A stretch of 64,000 bases of DNA from a virus (IMGVR_UViG_3300021399_000108:1-64000); one strand, 5' to 3'. Positions 36,351-47,468 are shown, counted from the stretch's first letter. The notes: generated by a model not told the origin, from the letters alone. Made by a program: numbers and translations.

Positions 36351-37338
36351 CTTTGGCTCTCTTATTATTGCCGGCCTGCAGCAAAAATAATAAGCGGATA
36401 TGACTATCAACGTTAATGATAGCTAGGAGTTTCTATTACCCTATGAATCAGTCCGGAATGATATAATAGACAAAGTTTCAGAGCTTTGTTTTTTTCTCTG
36501 TCTGAGGGAATACCTCATTAAAAAGCCGTAGAACGACACGATATATCGGTCCTTGAGAATCCGTCATGGTTAAACGCTCGGCTCGTTTTCGATATAAACG
36601 CGCATTAGCCTTGGTTAGCTAAGGGGAGATGGCTGCGCGGCCATCAATCCAAGAAAGGGTTATATGTTCAATAAAATTATAGAATTTCTCTTCAATATAA
36701 CCCTTTCTTTATTTGACTTTTTCTACAAATTTTGTTATAATTATTATAGAAAATGACAGGAGGTACTTAGTATGCTTGATAATTATATTTGTAATGAAAG
36801 TGTTGAAGATTCCTACCGTTATTTTGATTATATTTCAGAAGAAGAAGTTGAATGGTATTTTTTACAGCAAAATGAAATTGAAGCTGAATGTTATGAAGAT
36901 TAATGTTTGACTTTTAATAAAAATTATTATATAATATATATGTAAGATGAAAGAAAGGAAGTAAGATAAATGAATCAATCTTTACAGTCGCTTGATCGCG
37001 CGATGAATGAATTAATGGAAAAATTTGATTGGCATGATACTTCCGATGAAGAAGATAATTTTCTTATTAATCTTACTAATGATTTAGTTGAACTTCTTCA
37101 TGAACATAACATTAAATTAAATATTGACAAACAGTGAAAATTATGATATAATTTTTATGTAAGAAAGAAGAAAGAAGGTAAGTTTATGATTAATGAAATT
37201 ACTTGGGAGTATATGCATCATATTTACCATGCTTCTGAAAAAGATGAATTTCAAGATTATCTCGATTATGTAAATTTTCAAGAAGAAGAAGTATTTGACG
37301 AAGAATAAAAATTATGGTATAATAAATACATAAGAGAT

Positions 37339-37413
37339 GGGGCATTCGTTCACTCGGCAGGACACAACCCTTGCAAGGTTGAAAAATCAGATCGTAACTG
37401 ATATGCTTCACCA
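37339..37413 (+). tRNA. tRNA-Ala(UGC)
   Basis: Cloverleaf, G3-U70, CCA end, atypical T-loop. Confidence 0.8.
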
Positions 37414-37539
37414 GACGCCGCGAGGATGACTGGGCGACGGCAATGAAGCGGAGTCATGACCGCATCGCTTTCCCGAGATACTGACAGCATCAACTCGTTA
37501 AAGGTTGAAACATGACCATCATACGGACGCTGTACGCGT

Positions 37540-37615
37540 AGCAGACAGGACAAATGGCTAAGTCACTAGGCTCATAACCTAAGAGGACCGAGTTCGACTC
37601 TCGGGTCTGCCACCA
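37540..37615 (+). tRNA. tRNA-Met(CAU), possibly initiator-type
   Basis: CAT anticodon, A1xC72 mismatch, CCA end. Confidence 0.8.
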
Positions 37616-37796
37616 GGGCCAGCACCGCCCGAAATAGGTGCCGTGGGGAACGCCAGCGCGCATCTGGTGAGGGCGAAAAGGTAGAAGGCACTGCCCGGGT
37701 TCGACTCCCGGCGGAGGAGGGTCGCGGTGTCAGAAAACCCTGATGCACTTAGAGTCTAGCCCAGCTCAAAGGTTGGCCGCCTGAGAGCGCAAATTG

Positions 37797-37868
37797 ATTC
37801 CAGTAGTTTAATGGAGAGAATACTCACCCAGTGGTGAGAGATGTTGGTTCGACCCCAACCTGGTGCCG
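37797..37868 (+). pseudogene. degenerate tRNA-like element
   Basis: D- and T-arms present; 6-nt anticodon loop; weak acceptor stem. Confidence 0.45.
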
Positions 37869-37892
37869 CACATCGTTCGCGGTATATTAAGT

Positions 37893-38747
37893 AAGCGGTC
37901 TCGGCAAGCAGGGGCAAACTGCTGCAACTCTGGTAGGCAGGCAGAGTAAAAAAGGTAAGTAAAACCGGTTAAAACCTTAATTCACTGGTCGTCGGCCATC
38001 GTGAGGTCGGGATGGCAACCTGATAGCTAATGCAATTCTAGCTTCCATAAGGTGAGAATGAATGGTTCTCATAGTTAGAATTAACTGGATACATGACCCA
38101 GTATAAAAAGGTGCCGCGTTTATAAGCCGCAAGTTCGCAATAGCTTATACAGTTGCCCACTCTGTAAAAGGAGGCGCGCTAATAGACCGCAAGTATAAAT
38201 AGTCTATTGCCACTAAGCCAAAGTGGGATATAAATAAGAGCGGTAGACATCCTAGAAGGTTGTTACGACGTATAGGATAAGGCTCCATCTAAATAGATGG
38301 GAAGCGCTATACAGGTGCCCAAATGCGGTAATTAGCGTGTAAGTTTTGAACAACTAAGACTAAGGAGCTCTGGGTCGCGCGCTATGAAGAATGGGTTAAA
38401 TGGAGTTTGAGGAACAGCCAATGAATCCTTCGCTAAATGCTTGGGATCTGTCGAGGCTTCGATCAACTGAGCCGGATAATCAGTGGTTAAGCGCAAAGTG
38501 AAGGGTTGAGCACTTATACCGAACTTACTCGGCGCTAGATAAGTGAGGAGTAAAATAAAGTGCCTAGTGCGCCAAAAAATGAGAATGATCTGGTTCTCAT
38601 CGCTAGTAATGGTGAAAAACGGGAGAAAAGAGAGAAGGCTCCATTCAGTCGGGTTGATCACCAAACTTGAAGTAAGCGGAATACTCGCCGACCGCTCCCC
38701 GTCACACAGTGTAGCCACTCAGTTGCGGCTGAGTTATCAAACCGCTT
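37893..38747 (+). ncRNA. large structured ncRNA, GOLLD-like candidate
   Basis: About 855 nt, GC-enriched, many hairpins, no credible ORF, ends pair (AAGCGGT/ACCGCTT), lies between tRNA genes. Confidence 0.45.
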
Positions 38748-38749
38748 GT

Positions 38750-38822
38750 GCCAATATAGCTTAATTAGCAAAGCAGCCGCCTTGTAAGCGGCAGAGTGTA
38801 AGTGCAATTCTTACTATTGGCT
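38750..38822 (+). tRNA. tRNA-Thr(UGU)
   Basis: Cloverleaf; loop CT-TGT-AA. Confidence 0.8.
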
Positions 38823-38824
38823 TT

Positions 38825-38895
38825 GCGGGTGTAATTTAATGGTAGAATGTCAGCCTTCCAAGCTGATCACGTGGGTTCAATTCCCATTACTCGCT
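38825..38895 (+). tRNA. tRNA-Gly(UCC)
   Basis: Cloverleaf; loop CT-TCC-AA. Confidence 0.9.
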
Positions 38896-39379
38896 TTCAA
38901 CCACATAAAGCCTGAATTGACAGGATATGACTGGCCGGTTGAGGTCCGGCGGCATGTTCGATGTGGACTTGTTGAAGCATTGGATATGCGTCTCGTGGGC
39001 GACGACAGCCGTGGTGCCCAGTTGTAAGTTCCGAGGGAAAAGAGTGATACTAATGTGAACTTACAGGATTCTTCCTATATATCAGTCTGCGGAACACACG
39101 AATTCTCACTAAACTACCACCGGCATTGGCCGCCGCGGTTTCATAGAGAGTACACGAGGAGCAAAAGCACACCGGGTTAGTACATACTACAGCGGACTTA
39201 AATAGGTCTTCCAGTTCAGTAAGACACAGCCAATGATATGTGGTTTACGGCTTAGCAGCAGACTATAATAAAAAGACAGGCGAAGTAAGTGAAAGGGTGG
39301 CTTCATCCCGGCTCATAGCCGGTGGTAGCAGGGTGATGAAGTAGCGTAGAGATGTCAGAGGGAACACTACGCATTTTAT

Positions 39380-39455
39380 CGGGGTGTAGCGCAGTTGGTA
39401 GCGCGCCACATTTGGGATGTGGATGCCGCAAGTTCAAGTCTTGCTACTCCGACCA
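39380..39455 (+). tRNA. tRNA-Pro(UGG)
   Basis: Cloverleaf; CCA end. Confidence 0.92.
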
Positions 39456-39611
39456 TTGCCCTTAAATGGGACGCCCTTTAAAGTTGTTTGCGGTAGTCGA
39501 ATAACCTTCGCCGTAGCGAAGTAAAATATCTGCGGCATTATATGGAACTAAATCTATCCCGAGTTCCTGCGGTTCACGGATAGGGCTTGCGGCAGCCTGA
39601 ACGCCGCGCAT

Positions 39612-39687
39612 AGGTGGGTGATGTAATTTGGCAACATTCTGCACTCCAAATGCAGCTATTTAGGTTCAAGTCCTAACCTTCCTGCCA
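39612..39687 (+). tRNA. tRNA-Trp(CCA)
   Basis: Cloverleaf; loop CT-CCA-AA; CCA end. Confidence 0.85.
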
Positions 39688-39781
39688 TCGTGCTTTGAGA
39701 TCAAATGTGGCTTCAGCAGTATAAATATGTAATGCCAATGCGAGATTATGACGTAATGCCTTTAGCTTTAAAGACTATTTT

Positions 39782-39855
39782 GGCCGATTCGCAAAGTGGT
39801 TTTGCAGGCGGCTGTTAACCGCCCTAGGGGAGTTCAATTCTCTCATCGGCCGCCA
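39782..39855 (+). tRNA. tRNA-Asn(GUU)
   Basis: Cloverleaf; loop CT-GTT-AA; CCA end. Confidence 0.8.
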
Positions 39856-39936
39856 TCTTTCCTGAGCAAATGCGGAGATTAAACCGATGTGCGGTTAGCT
39901 GACCTTAAAGCTAATTTTTTAAACGAGGTATAAATT

Positions 39937-40476
39937 ATGAGTGATGTAAGGCTAAAAATTTTGCCACCTTGGACAATTGCTATTCGTAAATTTGAAGCAC
40001 TGTTTGATGGTGATCCACAAATTGCATGTAATTGTGAATTTGGAGGCTCCGCTCCTTCTATTGTACTTGCTTGTAACAATGGCGATAAGGTAGCCGCACT
40101 TCAACAGATTCTTCCTGAAGAAGTTAGCTTTGGTAATATTAAGTTAAAGGTTGCTGTGGACGGTACTCCTTCTAATCGTGCCTTTAAGAGCAAGGTTGAA
40201 CTATTTGATACTGCTTTTAAGGGCAATCCCGCTTATGCTTATTCTGTTTGCCCTGCTGAGGAAGGCTATCAGTGGATTGGAACAACTTATGTTGTATTCA
40301 ATAATTGCGTTGTGCAATTTGCCGCAGATAATCTAAATGATTGTCATGGTGTTATCAGTACTCTTTATGAAACTATTGCTGATGAGCTATTAACGGGACC
40401 TGCTACTGCAGGCGTGTTTTTTAATACAAATGTTGAGCGCGCTAATCTTGGTAAACCGCTTGGAGAATGGCCTTAA
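39937..40476 (+). CDS. hypothetical protein, paralog of 41264-41821
   Basis: Shared LxPPW, FGNIxLxV, TYVVF.N.VVQ, DNL.D..G, G.WP motifs. Confidence 0.85.
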   Translation: MSDVRLKILPPWTIAIRKFEALFDGDPQIACNCEFGGSAPSIVLACNNGDKVAALQQILPEEVSFGNIKLKVAVDGTPSNRAFKSKVELFDTAFKGNPAYAYSVCPAEEGYQWIGTTYVVFNNCVVQFAADNLNDCHGVISTLYETIADELLTGPATAGVFFNTNVERANLGKPLGEWP

Positions 40477-40566
40477 AAATTAAATAATTTAGAAAGCGGA
40501 CAGTTAGGCTTGGGTAAGAGGACCCTACAAGTAGTTGATAGTGGAACAATAACCTATTTAAAATGA

Positions 40567-40728
40567 ATGTGGTGGTGGAATAGGTAGACACTGCGTCGTG
40601 AGATTACGGTAATCACTTAATTCATGGCCGAGATCAAAAGTCGTTGACAGCCACTAATAGTAAGGAATATTAGTAAAGTGAAGAGCGAAAAAACGTATAT
40701 CATGTCGGGTGCAAATCCCGACTCACAT
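40567..40728 (+). ncRNA. tRNA-Leu-like mimic with a long insert replacing the anticodon arm (copy 1)
   Basis: GTGGTGGAATAGGTAGACAC D-arm, GTCGG-GTGCAAAT-CCCGAC T-arm, paired ends. Confidence 0.6.
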
Positions 40729-40828
40729 AGTTAATAGGGACGAGTCACCTTGTCAAAGCCGTAGTGCGTGGCTGTAAATAACGGATGGCGTGGCTCATGG
40801 CAGACTGTTGGGAGAAGGCTTGGTCTGC

Positions 40829-41034
40829 TAAATGCGGTGGCGGAATAGACGGGTCAATCTAACGATGTCCTGGTAAAGTCGTGGCGTAACACCCGACAAT
40901 AGTAGACGCTAAGGGCAAATGTACATGGGAGAACAGCGTAAGCCATAAGGCCATAGCAGTATAAACGAATTATACTAAGTTTATATATTAGTATCGGGCT
41001 ACATATGCGGGGTGCAAATCCCCGCCCGCATTTA
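40829..41034 (+). ncRNA. tRNA-like mimic (copy 2) with an additional insert in the D-loop
   Basis: GTGGCGGAATA...GTAGACGC; GCGGGGTGCAAATCCCCGC; TAAATGCGG/CCGCATTTA ends. Confidence 0.6.
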
Positions 41035-41043
41035 AAGGAAACA

Positions 41044-41162
41044 TATGGCGTGACGGAATAGGTAGACGTGCGAAACACTGGGAGAATAATCACCTCACCG
41101 CAGAGACTGCTTTACCTGTGTGCTGATGGTTTCTATGTATGGTGCAAATCCATACCGCCATG
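41044..41162 (+). ncRNA. tRNA-like mimic (copy 3)
   Basis: GTGACGGAATAGGTAGACGT; GTATGGTGCAAATCCATAC; TATGGCG/CGCCATG ends. Confidence 0.6.
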
Positions 41163-41233
41163 CGTCAAATGCTCGGCGGCCGAGCGTTGGCCTGCAAAGC
41201 CAATGTTAGAAAGTTCAACTCTTTCTTGACGCT
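41162..41233 (+). tRNA. tRNA-Cys(GCA)
   Basis: Cloverleaf; loop CT-GCA-AA; U73. Confidence 0.75.
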
Positions 41234-41263
41234 TTATAATATTTTAACAATGAGGTACAATTT

Positions 41264-41821
41264 ATGGCACAATTGAAGCTTTCACCGCCTTGGATTAAAT
41301 ATGTGCATGAAATGGAACAATTATTTAAATATGATCCAGAAGTACATGTAATTTATGATGAAGATGAACATATTATTCATTTATATGTTGATAAACAGCG
41401 TAAAGCAGACGCACTCGCAACTTTAATTCCAGAAACAGTAACATTTGGTAATATTACTTTACAAGTAAATGTTGTGCCAGCAAATGGCGCACTTAGTACA
41501 ACTACTGGTTTAACTAATGCACAATTATTTGAAAATGCTTTTGAAGGTAATGGAGCATTTGCTTTTGTTAGATGGCTTCCTGGCATTTTTTCTAATAATT
41601 TAACATATGTGGTATTTAAAAATAAAGTTGTACAATATTTTAATGATAATTTAAGTGATGTTTATGGCAATTGTAATACTTTATATCAAGATATTGCAAA
41701 AAATATTTTTGGTGAAATTGCTAGCGTTTATTTCTGTACTGATATTGAACAGCCAGTAACAATGCAAGATAAACTTGATAATTATATACCTGTTTTTGCA
41801 CCTGAAGGTTATTGGCCTTAA
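41264..41821 (+). CDS. hypothetical protein, paralog of 39937-40476
   Basis: See paralog motifs. Confidence 0.85.
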   Translation: MAQLKLSPPWIKYVHEMEQLFKYDPEVHVIYDEDEHIIHLYVDKQRKADALATLIPETVTFGNITLQVNVVPANGALSTTTGLTNAQLFENAFEGNGAFAFVRWLPGIFSNNLTYVVFKNKVVQYFNDNLSDVYGNCNTLYQDIAKNIFGEIASVYFCTDIEQPVTMQDKLDNYIPVFAPEGYWP

Positions 41822-41917
41822 TATTTGACTTTTTATAAAAATTATAGTATAATAAATAAGTAAGAAAACAGGACAGGAACTGTTTGTAAGGATGACGAAT
41901 TATCGCTGTCCTAGTTT

Positions 41918-41991
41918 GGGGCATTAGTTCACTAGTAGAACATAACCCTTGCACGGTTAAAAAGACAGGGCGGTACTGTCATGCTCCACCA
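41918..41991 (+). tRNA. tRNA-Ala(UGC), second copy
   Basis: Cloverleaf, G3-U70, CCA end, atypical T-loop GGCGGTA. Confidence 0.75.
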
Positions 41992-42949
41992 TTACGCCTC
42001 TAAATTATGCGCACCACTAGAGGACTTATGTTAGAGCCTAGCACGCATAGGCATAGCAAGCGAACCACGCTAGGACTTTTATAAGACTTGTGTTTAATGA
42101 GCACAAGTTCTCGTGTAGACGAGGGACCAACACGTCTCAAAAGCAATCATAATGCTTAAAACTGTTTATGGGACGCTATAGCGCTCCACCCCTACGCCGC
42201 TGAGTTGAAAAGCGAAAGCGCGCCGTAGATAGGTTTTGCTTCACCTTAGGGAGTCCCTTAAAGAAGTAGTTAAAAAGTTTTGACGTGATAAGCACAGGTT
42301 GCGTGTCTATACTAGTTAACGTCATTACTTTTTATCAAATATTGAGGAGTGCTGAAGGTTATTGCACTTAATACTCGACCACTATTTCTAGAGTAGATAA
42401 ACAAATCCTTAATTATTTGACTTTCTTTTAAAATTATGTTATAATAAGTATATAAGAAAGGAAGGAGAAAATGAAAGTTATTGTTTTAAATAAAAAAGAA
42501 AAAGATGTTCTTCTTAAAGTATTAGCTCAATTAGTTATAAAACCAAAATGTCCATATGAATTAACAACTATTTTAGAAAAACTAGATTGGCGAATGTACA
42601 AATATGTTTTTGAACATCCTGAATTATTTAAAACAAATATTTGACTTTTCCCAAAATTCATGGTATAATAAATATGTAAACAAGAGAGAGAGAGGAAGTA
42701 AGAAAATGAAGAATGAAATTAAGCGTGCAATGCACAAAACACCACTTCATTATTCATACCATGCTAAATCATATAGTAAGCAGGCACGTGAAATGTCTGA
42801 TCTTATTATGCACCATGTAAATTGTGGTGCTTGGAGTATTAAAGAAGCGTTTCATTTTTTTAGTATTTCTTATCGACCTAGCATTATTAGAAATCGTGCA
42901 TGTAATAGATTTAAACGATACTTGAAAAACGGGAAAATTAATAAAAATT

Positions 42950-43534
42950 AACTCTTCTCCTTAGTAATTATGAACCAAGTGAAGATGCGCTAATCACGCA
43001 GCTTGGGCTATCCTAATAACAGCGAAAAGAAATTGTTAAGGATACTTACAATTTGACGCCGTTTTACCGAAAGGGAAAAACGATAGACAGAAACTGGCAA
43101 TGTTAAGGATAGGCGCTTGGTAATTCGCAACTAAAAGCATTATTCTTTCCGGCTACATAATAGAAAGCTTTTTGAATAGAAAAGCCGAATCCAGATAAGA
43201 TATTAGTGTGGTAGCTAGTATAAACTCTGGAATACCATAAGTAGCTAATGTCGCTGATGAAAACCAGAAATGGTCTATAAGGAAAGTTTAAAGTAGTAGT
43301 AGCCCAATACAGCGATAATTTGGATAAATTAAAATTTTTAGTGGTATAAAAATTTTCTGAATGATTTGGGTGAGGCTTGGGAGTAATCAAACTCCTTCGT
43401 ACTAGGCGAAAGCGGATTAAAGAAGTTATAAGGTAGCTCCTTATGGCTCAGACTTTAGTTCTACGATGGCTGAATATAGTTGAAGAATTATACAAGTATG
43501 GCGAAGGTCACAGCAATTACTAAGGAGAAGGGTT
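42950..43534 (+). ncRNA. large structured ncRNA, ROOL-like candidate
   Basis: About 585 nt closed by a perfect 16-bp terminal helix (CTTCTCCTTAGTAATT/AATTACTAAGGAGAAG); abuts tRNA-Leu. Confidence 0.6.
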
Positions 43535-43538
43535 ATAT

Positions 43539-43624
43539 GCTGGTATGGTGGAATGGCAGACACCTCAGACTTAAAATCTGATGTCCGTATGGACGTGCCG
43601 GTTCAAGTCCGGCTACCAGCACCA
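43539..43624 (+). tRNA. tRNA-Leu(UAA)
   Basis: Class II cloverleaf; CCA end. Confidence 0.93.
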
Positions 43625-43671
43625 AATTATTATTTAATTAACAATTTAATATATTAATAAGGAAGAATATT

Positions 43672-43917
43672 ATGCGAAAAGGTCGCGGTATAGATCATTC
43701 TTGGGAAACAAGAAAGTATATTGGAGATGGTGCAATATATGCTCATTGCAAATGTGGATTTGAATATGCTTGTTCTTCTTCAAAAAGAAACAAAGATGGA
43801 AGTTGGAGTTTAGAACAAGAAATAACTAAATTATATTATTATTGTCCCAATTGTGGCGCGCATAAAAAGTATTATAACGATATTCCTATAAAAATAAATA
43901 AAAGTAGATATGAATAA
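43672..43917 (+). CDS. Zn-ribbon hypothetical protein
   Basis: HCKCG...CPNCG. Confidence 0.65.
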   Translation: MRKGRGIDHSWETRKYIGDGAIYAHCKCGFEYACSSSKRNKDGSWSLEQEITKLYYYCPNCGAHKKYYNDIPIKINKSRYE

Positions 43918-44254
43918 AACAAGTGGGATGTGGAATCCGTAGCGTTCATCATCTAAGGAGTCTTTAATTCTTCTATTTGTGCAAAATGTATCATAGGCTA
44001 CAAATGTTATTTTGTCCTATGAGTATGATGTACGGATAGGCAATAAGAATATGAAGTTTGGCGTAAAAGCACACCACTTGATTAGCTCATCTGCCATGTG
44101 TAGAAGGAGCGGAGTTATCGTTTATAACGATAATATGATCGCGTTGCAGAAACTTGTGAAGCCTGTGACCTTTGGGGAGGATGCGTCCTCCCCATTTTTT
44201 ATTTGACTTTTTATATAATTTATAATATAATATTATAAAGAGGAGGGGAGAATT

Positions 44255-44698
44255 ATGGATAAACTAATTGATTCACTTAAAACTTTACATATTCCTGAAA
44301 GTGATTATTTTGATATTAGCACGGACGTACAATGCGCATATGACAAAGCAAATGAAATACTTGATGATTGTATTGATATTGTGAAGAAAAGCGAGCAACC
44401 TATTTATGAAGTTCTAGTATACTCGCATCCTTGGCGTTTAGACGAGCATCACTTCCTTGATTTTGGATCAGAAGAACGTGTTGGTTTCTATTATGAAAAA
44501 AGTACGGCTATTCAAGCTATTGAAGAAAATTGGTGCGATTTACAAGATCATTATGCACAAGCCGCCGCAATACGAGAAGTAAAACCTGGTTTGTACCAAT
44601 ATCCTCCATTTAGTACATATCTTTATTATTTATGGAATACAGAATCGCAACAATGGGAGCACGCGGAAGTACCAGTAGAAGTAGGTGAATTTTGTTGA
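44255..44698 (+). CDS. hypothetical protein
   Basis: ORF with promoter and RBS. Confidence 0.75.
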   Translation: MDKLIDSLKTLHIPESDYFDISTDVQCAYDKANEILDDCIDIVKKSEQPIYEVLVYSHPWRLDEHHFLDFGSEERVGFYYEKSTAIQAIEENWCDLQDHYAQAAAIREVKPGLYQYPPFSTYLYYLWNTESQQWEHAEVPVEVGEFC

Positions 44699-45144
44699 AA
44701 TTATATACTTCTTATTGGGCACAGGTGAAAAATTTTCCTAAAAATTTAGTGGCGCTTTCGACAGTAGTTTGGGAGCCTAAGTGGTATAAAGTTGGCGGCA
44801 CGGATAAAAATGGAGTAATTAGCTTACGATGCCCGCCATTACGACCAGGGAAAGCTTGTGATGGACTTTGTAATGGGAAGTGCAGTCCAAAACATCCACA
44901 AGATTGTAGATTCTTACAAGAATATAGGAAGCAATTAGATGCAATTGATTTTTCTGCTTTTATGCGAAAAATTAATAAATTACATGATATTATTCAAGAG
45001 CAAGAAAAAATTAATGATGTTAATTTCGCTTTTATATTCTATGAAAAATATAATAATCCGTGCAGTGAACGTTGGCCAGTACAAGAATGGCTTCGCGCGC
45101 ATAATGTGGAGGTAAAGGAATGGCAATTAGACAAGAACCGATAA
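44692..45144 (+). CDS. DUF488-like protein
   Basis: LYTSYW N-terminus; FYEK..NPCSERWPVQEWL C-terminus. Confidence 0.55.
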   Translation: MLKLYTSYWAQVKNFPKNLVALSTVVWEPKWYKVGGTDKNGVISLRCPPLRPGKACDGLCNGKCSPKHPQDCRFLQEYRKQLDAIDFSAFMRKINKLHDIIQEQEKINDVNFAFIFYEKYNNPCSERWPVQEWLRAHNVEVKEWQLDKNR

Positions 45145-46855
45145 CAACCGAAAAAGAATTTTTAATTGCAACAGAAGCAGCAATTAAAAATGGTACTACT
45201 ACTTTTGTTCAATATAGAGATGTAGATCCAAATACTTACGATCCAGAAGTAGTATTAGCTGAAAATTATATTTGGTATTTAAATAATCCAAATGAGATTT
45301 GGAAATATTTTGAGGATAAAAGCGTGCGTGCCTGGACACAATTTCCAAATAGAGAAGAAAGAGATATGCCGTGGGATAACTAAGTTAGAAGAATGGAAAA
45401 GGAATAATGATTAAACATTTATTAATGAAATTACGATTTAATAAATTCTGCAAACAAAATCAATATAATTGTCCTAATTGTATTTATCATAATTTTATTT
45501 TTGAAGGATGTATTTTTCGTGGCAATAAATGCGAACATCCTTATCAAATATTTAGGAGAAAACGCAATGGTTATAGAAGAAATTCGTAAATATAATAAAC
45601 AATTAATCGCAAAATATCCTTGGCTTCTACCGCGCAATAGATGGACGGGAGAAGTAATAGAAGACTATGATTATAGTTATACTGAATTAGATGATATGCC
45701 TGATGGTTGGCGTGCTGCATTTGGCGAACAAATGTGTGAAGAAATTCAACAAGAACTTAATATGATGGAGCCATATCAAGCCGCGGATTTCCGCATCGTA
45801 CAGATTAAAGAAAAATATGGTATGCTCTGTTATTATACAAATTGGACAACCAAAGAAATTGATGCTATTATTAATAAATATGAAAAGCTTAGTGAGCACA
45901 CCTGTATTTCATGTGGCGCGCCCGCTACTAAAATTTCTATTGGCTGGATTTCTCCTTGGTGTGATAAATGCGCGGAAAAACTTCATGCCAAATTCGTAAA
46001 AATTGCTAAAAAAAATACTTGACATTTTATAAAAATTATAGTATAATATGTACAGAAAGAGGAAAGGAAGGAAATTAAAATGAACGTTTATGTGATTCAT
46101 GCCTTTGATGAAATTTATGGTGGCCTTCATGGTATGGAAGATTGGACTATTGAAGAATGTAAGGATGAAAATGAAGCAATAGATATTGCAAAAGATATGT
46201 CTTGTGATGTTATTGACAGATATGCCGATATTACTGATATTCTTGCAGAACGCGCAGAAGATTTACTTTCTTATGATATTGAAGAAGGACGCATTATCTC
46301 AGAACAACAAAAAGAAACTGCTTTTAACAATTATTATGAGGAATGTGTAGTAGAAGATATGGCCTATGAAATTGTAAAATTAGATGCTTCTTATACAATT
46401 GATCAATATAATGAAATGCTTGATAGTGGTGAATATGACTATGAAGATCTTGTAGAAGAATTTGGAGTGGAGGAATATTAATGAAGATTATTGATTTTGA
46501 ACGCAAAGGCAATGTAGTGCGCTTTTACCTTGGTGAAGATAATCTTGAAAATTGGTATGGCGATGATTGGAATGATGCTCCTTATGAGCATAATGCGGGC
46601 AAGGTCTATGACGAATATATTTCTGGTATAAAAGATATTGCTTTCCCTTTTGATAGTCTTGTGCTTGAGCCACAGGACGATTGGCGTAACGAAGGTAATA
46701 GTGCCTGGTGCAAAGATGACATGAGGAATCGTTCTGTGCCTTGCATTATTGTTGTGCCAAAAGAAAAAGTACATGAATGGCAAGATAATTTTAATTTTTA
46801 TGTTGGCATGGATGGTATCCAAAAGTATTATTTTGGTGACAAAATGGAACTTTGA
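45120..46855 (+). CDS. hypothetical genes (45120-45383, 45567-46022, 46080-46481, 46481-46855)
   Basis: Co-oriented ORFs with RBSs; QIKEKYG motif in 45567-46022. Confidence 0.7.
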
Positions 46856-46914
46856 TATTTGATACATAATATAAATTATGTTATAATTAATATATAAAAA
46901 TATAGGAGAAAATT

Positions 46915-47466
46915 ATGAATAGTATGTTTAATGGAATGTTTGGAAAAATTGCCCCAGGTATGTGTCGTATTTCTATGAATGGTGAAATTGCTATTAAAAC
47001 TTCTAATGGCTATAAGACATATAATGTAGAAACTGGCACACTAACTAATTGTGATAATTTCGCATTTGATATTGGTGAGGATTTCTTCTTCATTATCCCA
47101 ACTAATAAAGTTCACAAGGGAGACATTATTCTCGCTGGTGGTAGGCCGCGTTGTGTAATTGAAGCCGCAACAAATGAAATTAAGACTTTTTGTTACGAAG
47201 ATGGTACTATTGGAACTATTGTTCCTGAACATCATATGTTTATGGGTAAGCAATATTTCTATGGCAAGATTGTTTCTATGTTCGGTAATATGATGAACGA
47301 AAAAGGCGGCATGAATAACATGTTAAAGTATATGATGATGTCTGAAATGATGAAAGGCAACAGCAATACTAATTCTATGATGCCAATGATGCTCATGATG
47401 AACGGCGGATTTAATTTTGATGGAATTTTTGATATGGATGATGAAGAAAAGAAGGAGGATAAGTAA
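46915..47466 (+). CDS. conserved Met-rich protein, first gene of vWA/PurA-like operon
   Basis: ORF; tightly coupled to the next two genes. Confidence 0.8.
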   Translation: MNSMFNGMFGKIAPGMCRISMNGEIAIKTSNGYKTYNVETGTLTNCDNFAFDIGEDFFFIIPTNKVHKGDIILAGGRPRCVIEAATNEIKTFCYEDGTIGTIVPEHHMFMGKQYFYGKIVSMFGNMMNEKGGMNNMLKYMMMSEMMKGNSNTNSMMPMMLMMNGGFNFDGIFDMDDEEKKEDK

Positions 47467-47468
47467 GT

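Noticed and set aside
37199-41093. Track ORFs overlapping tRNAs/ncRNAs (e.g. 37350, 38332, 38543, 38839, 39462, 40854)
   Set aside because: No RBS, atypical composition, and they overlap clear RNA genes.
40567-41162. Group I intron-containing tRNAs or tmRNA
   Set aside because: Inserts are too short and lack a recognisable intron core; no tag reading frame or G3-U70 Ala acceptor with CCA.
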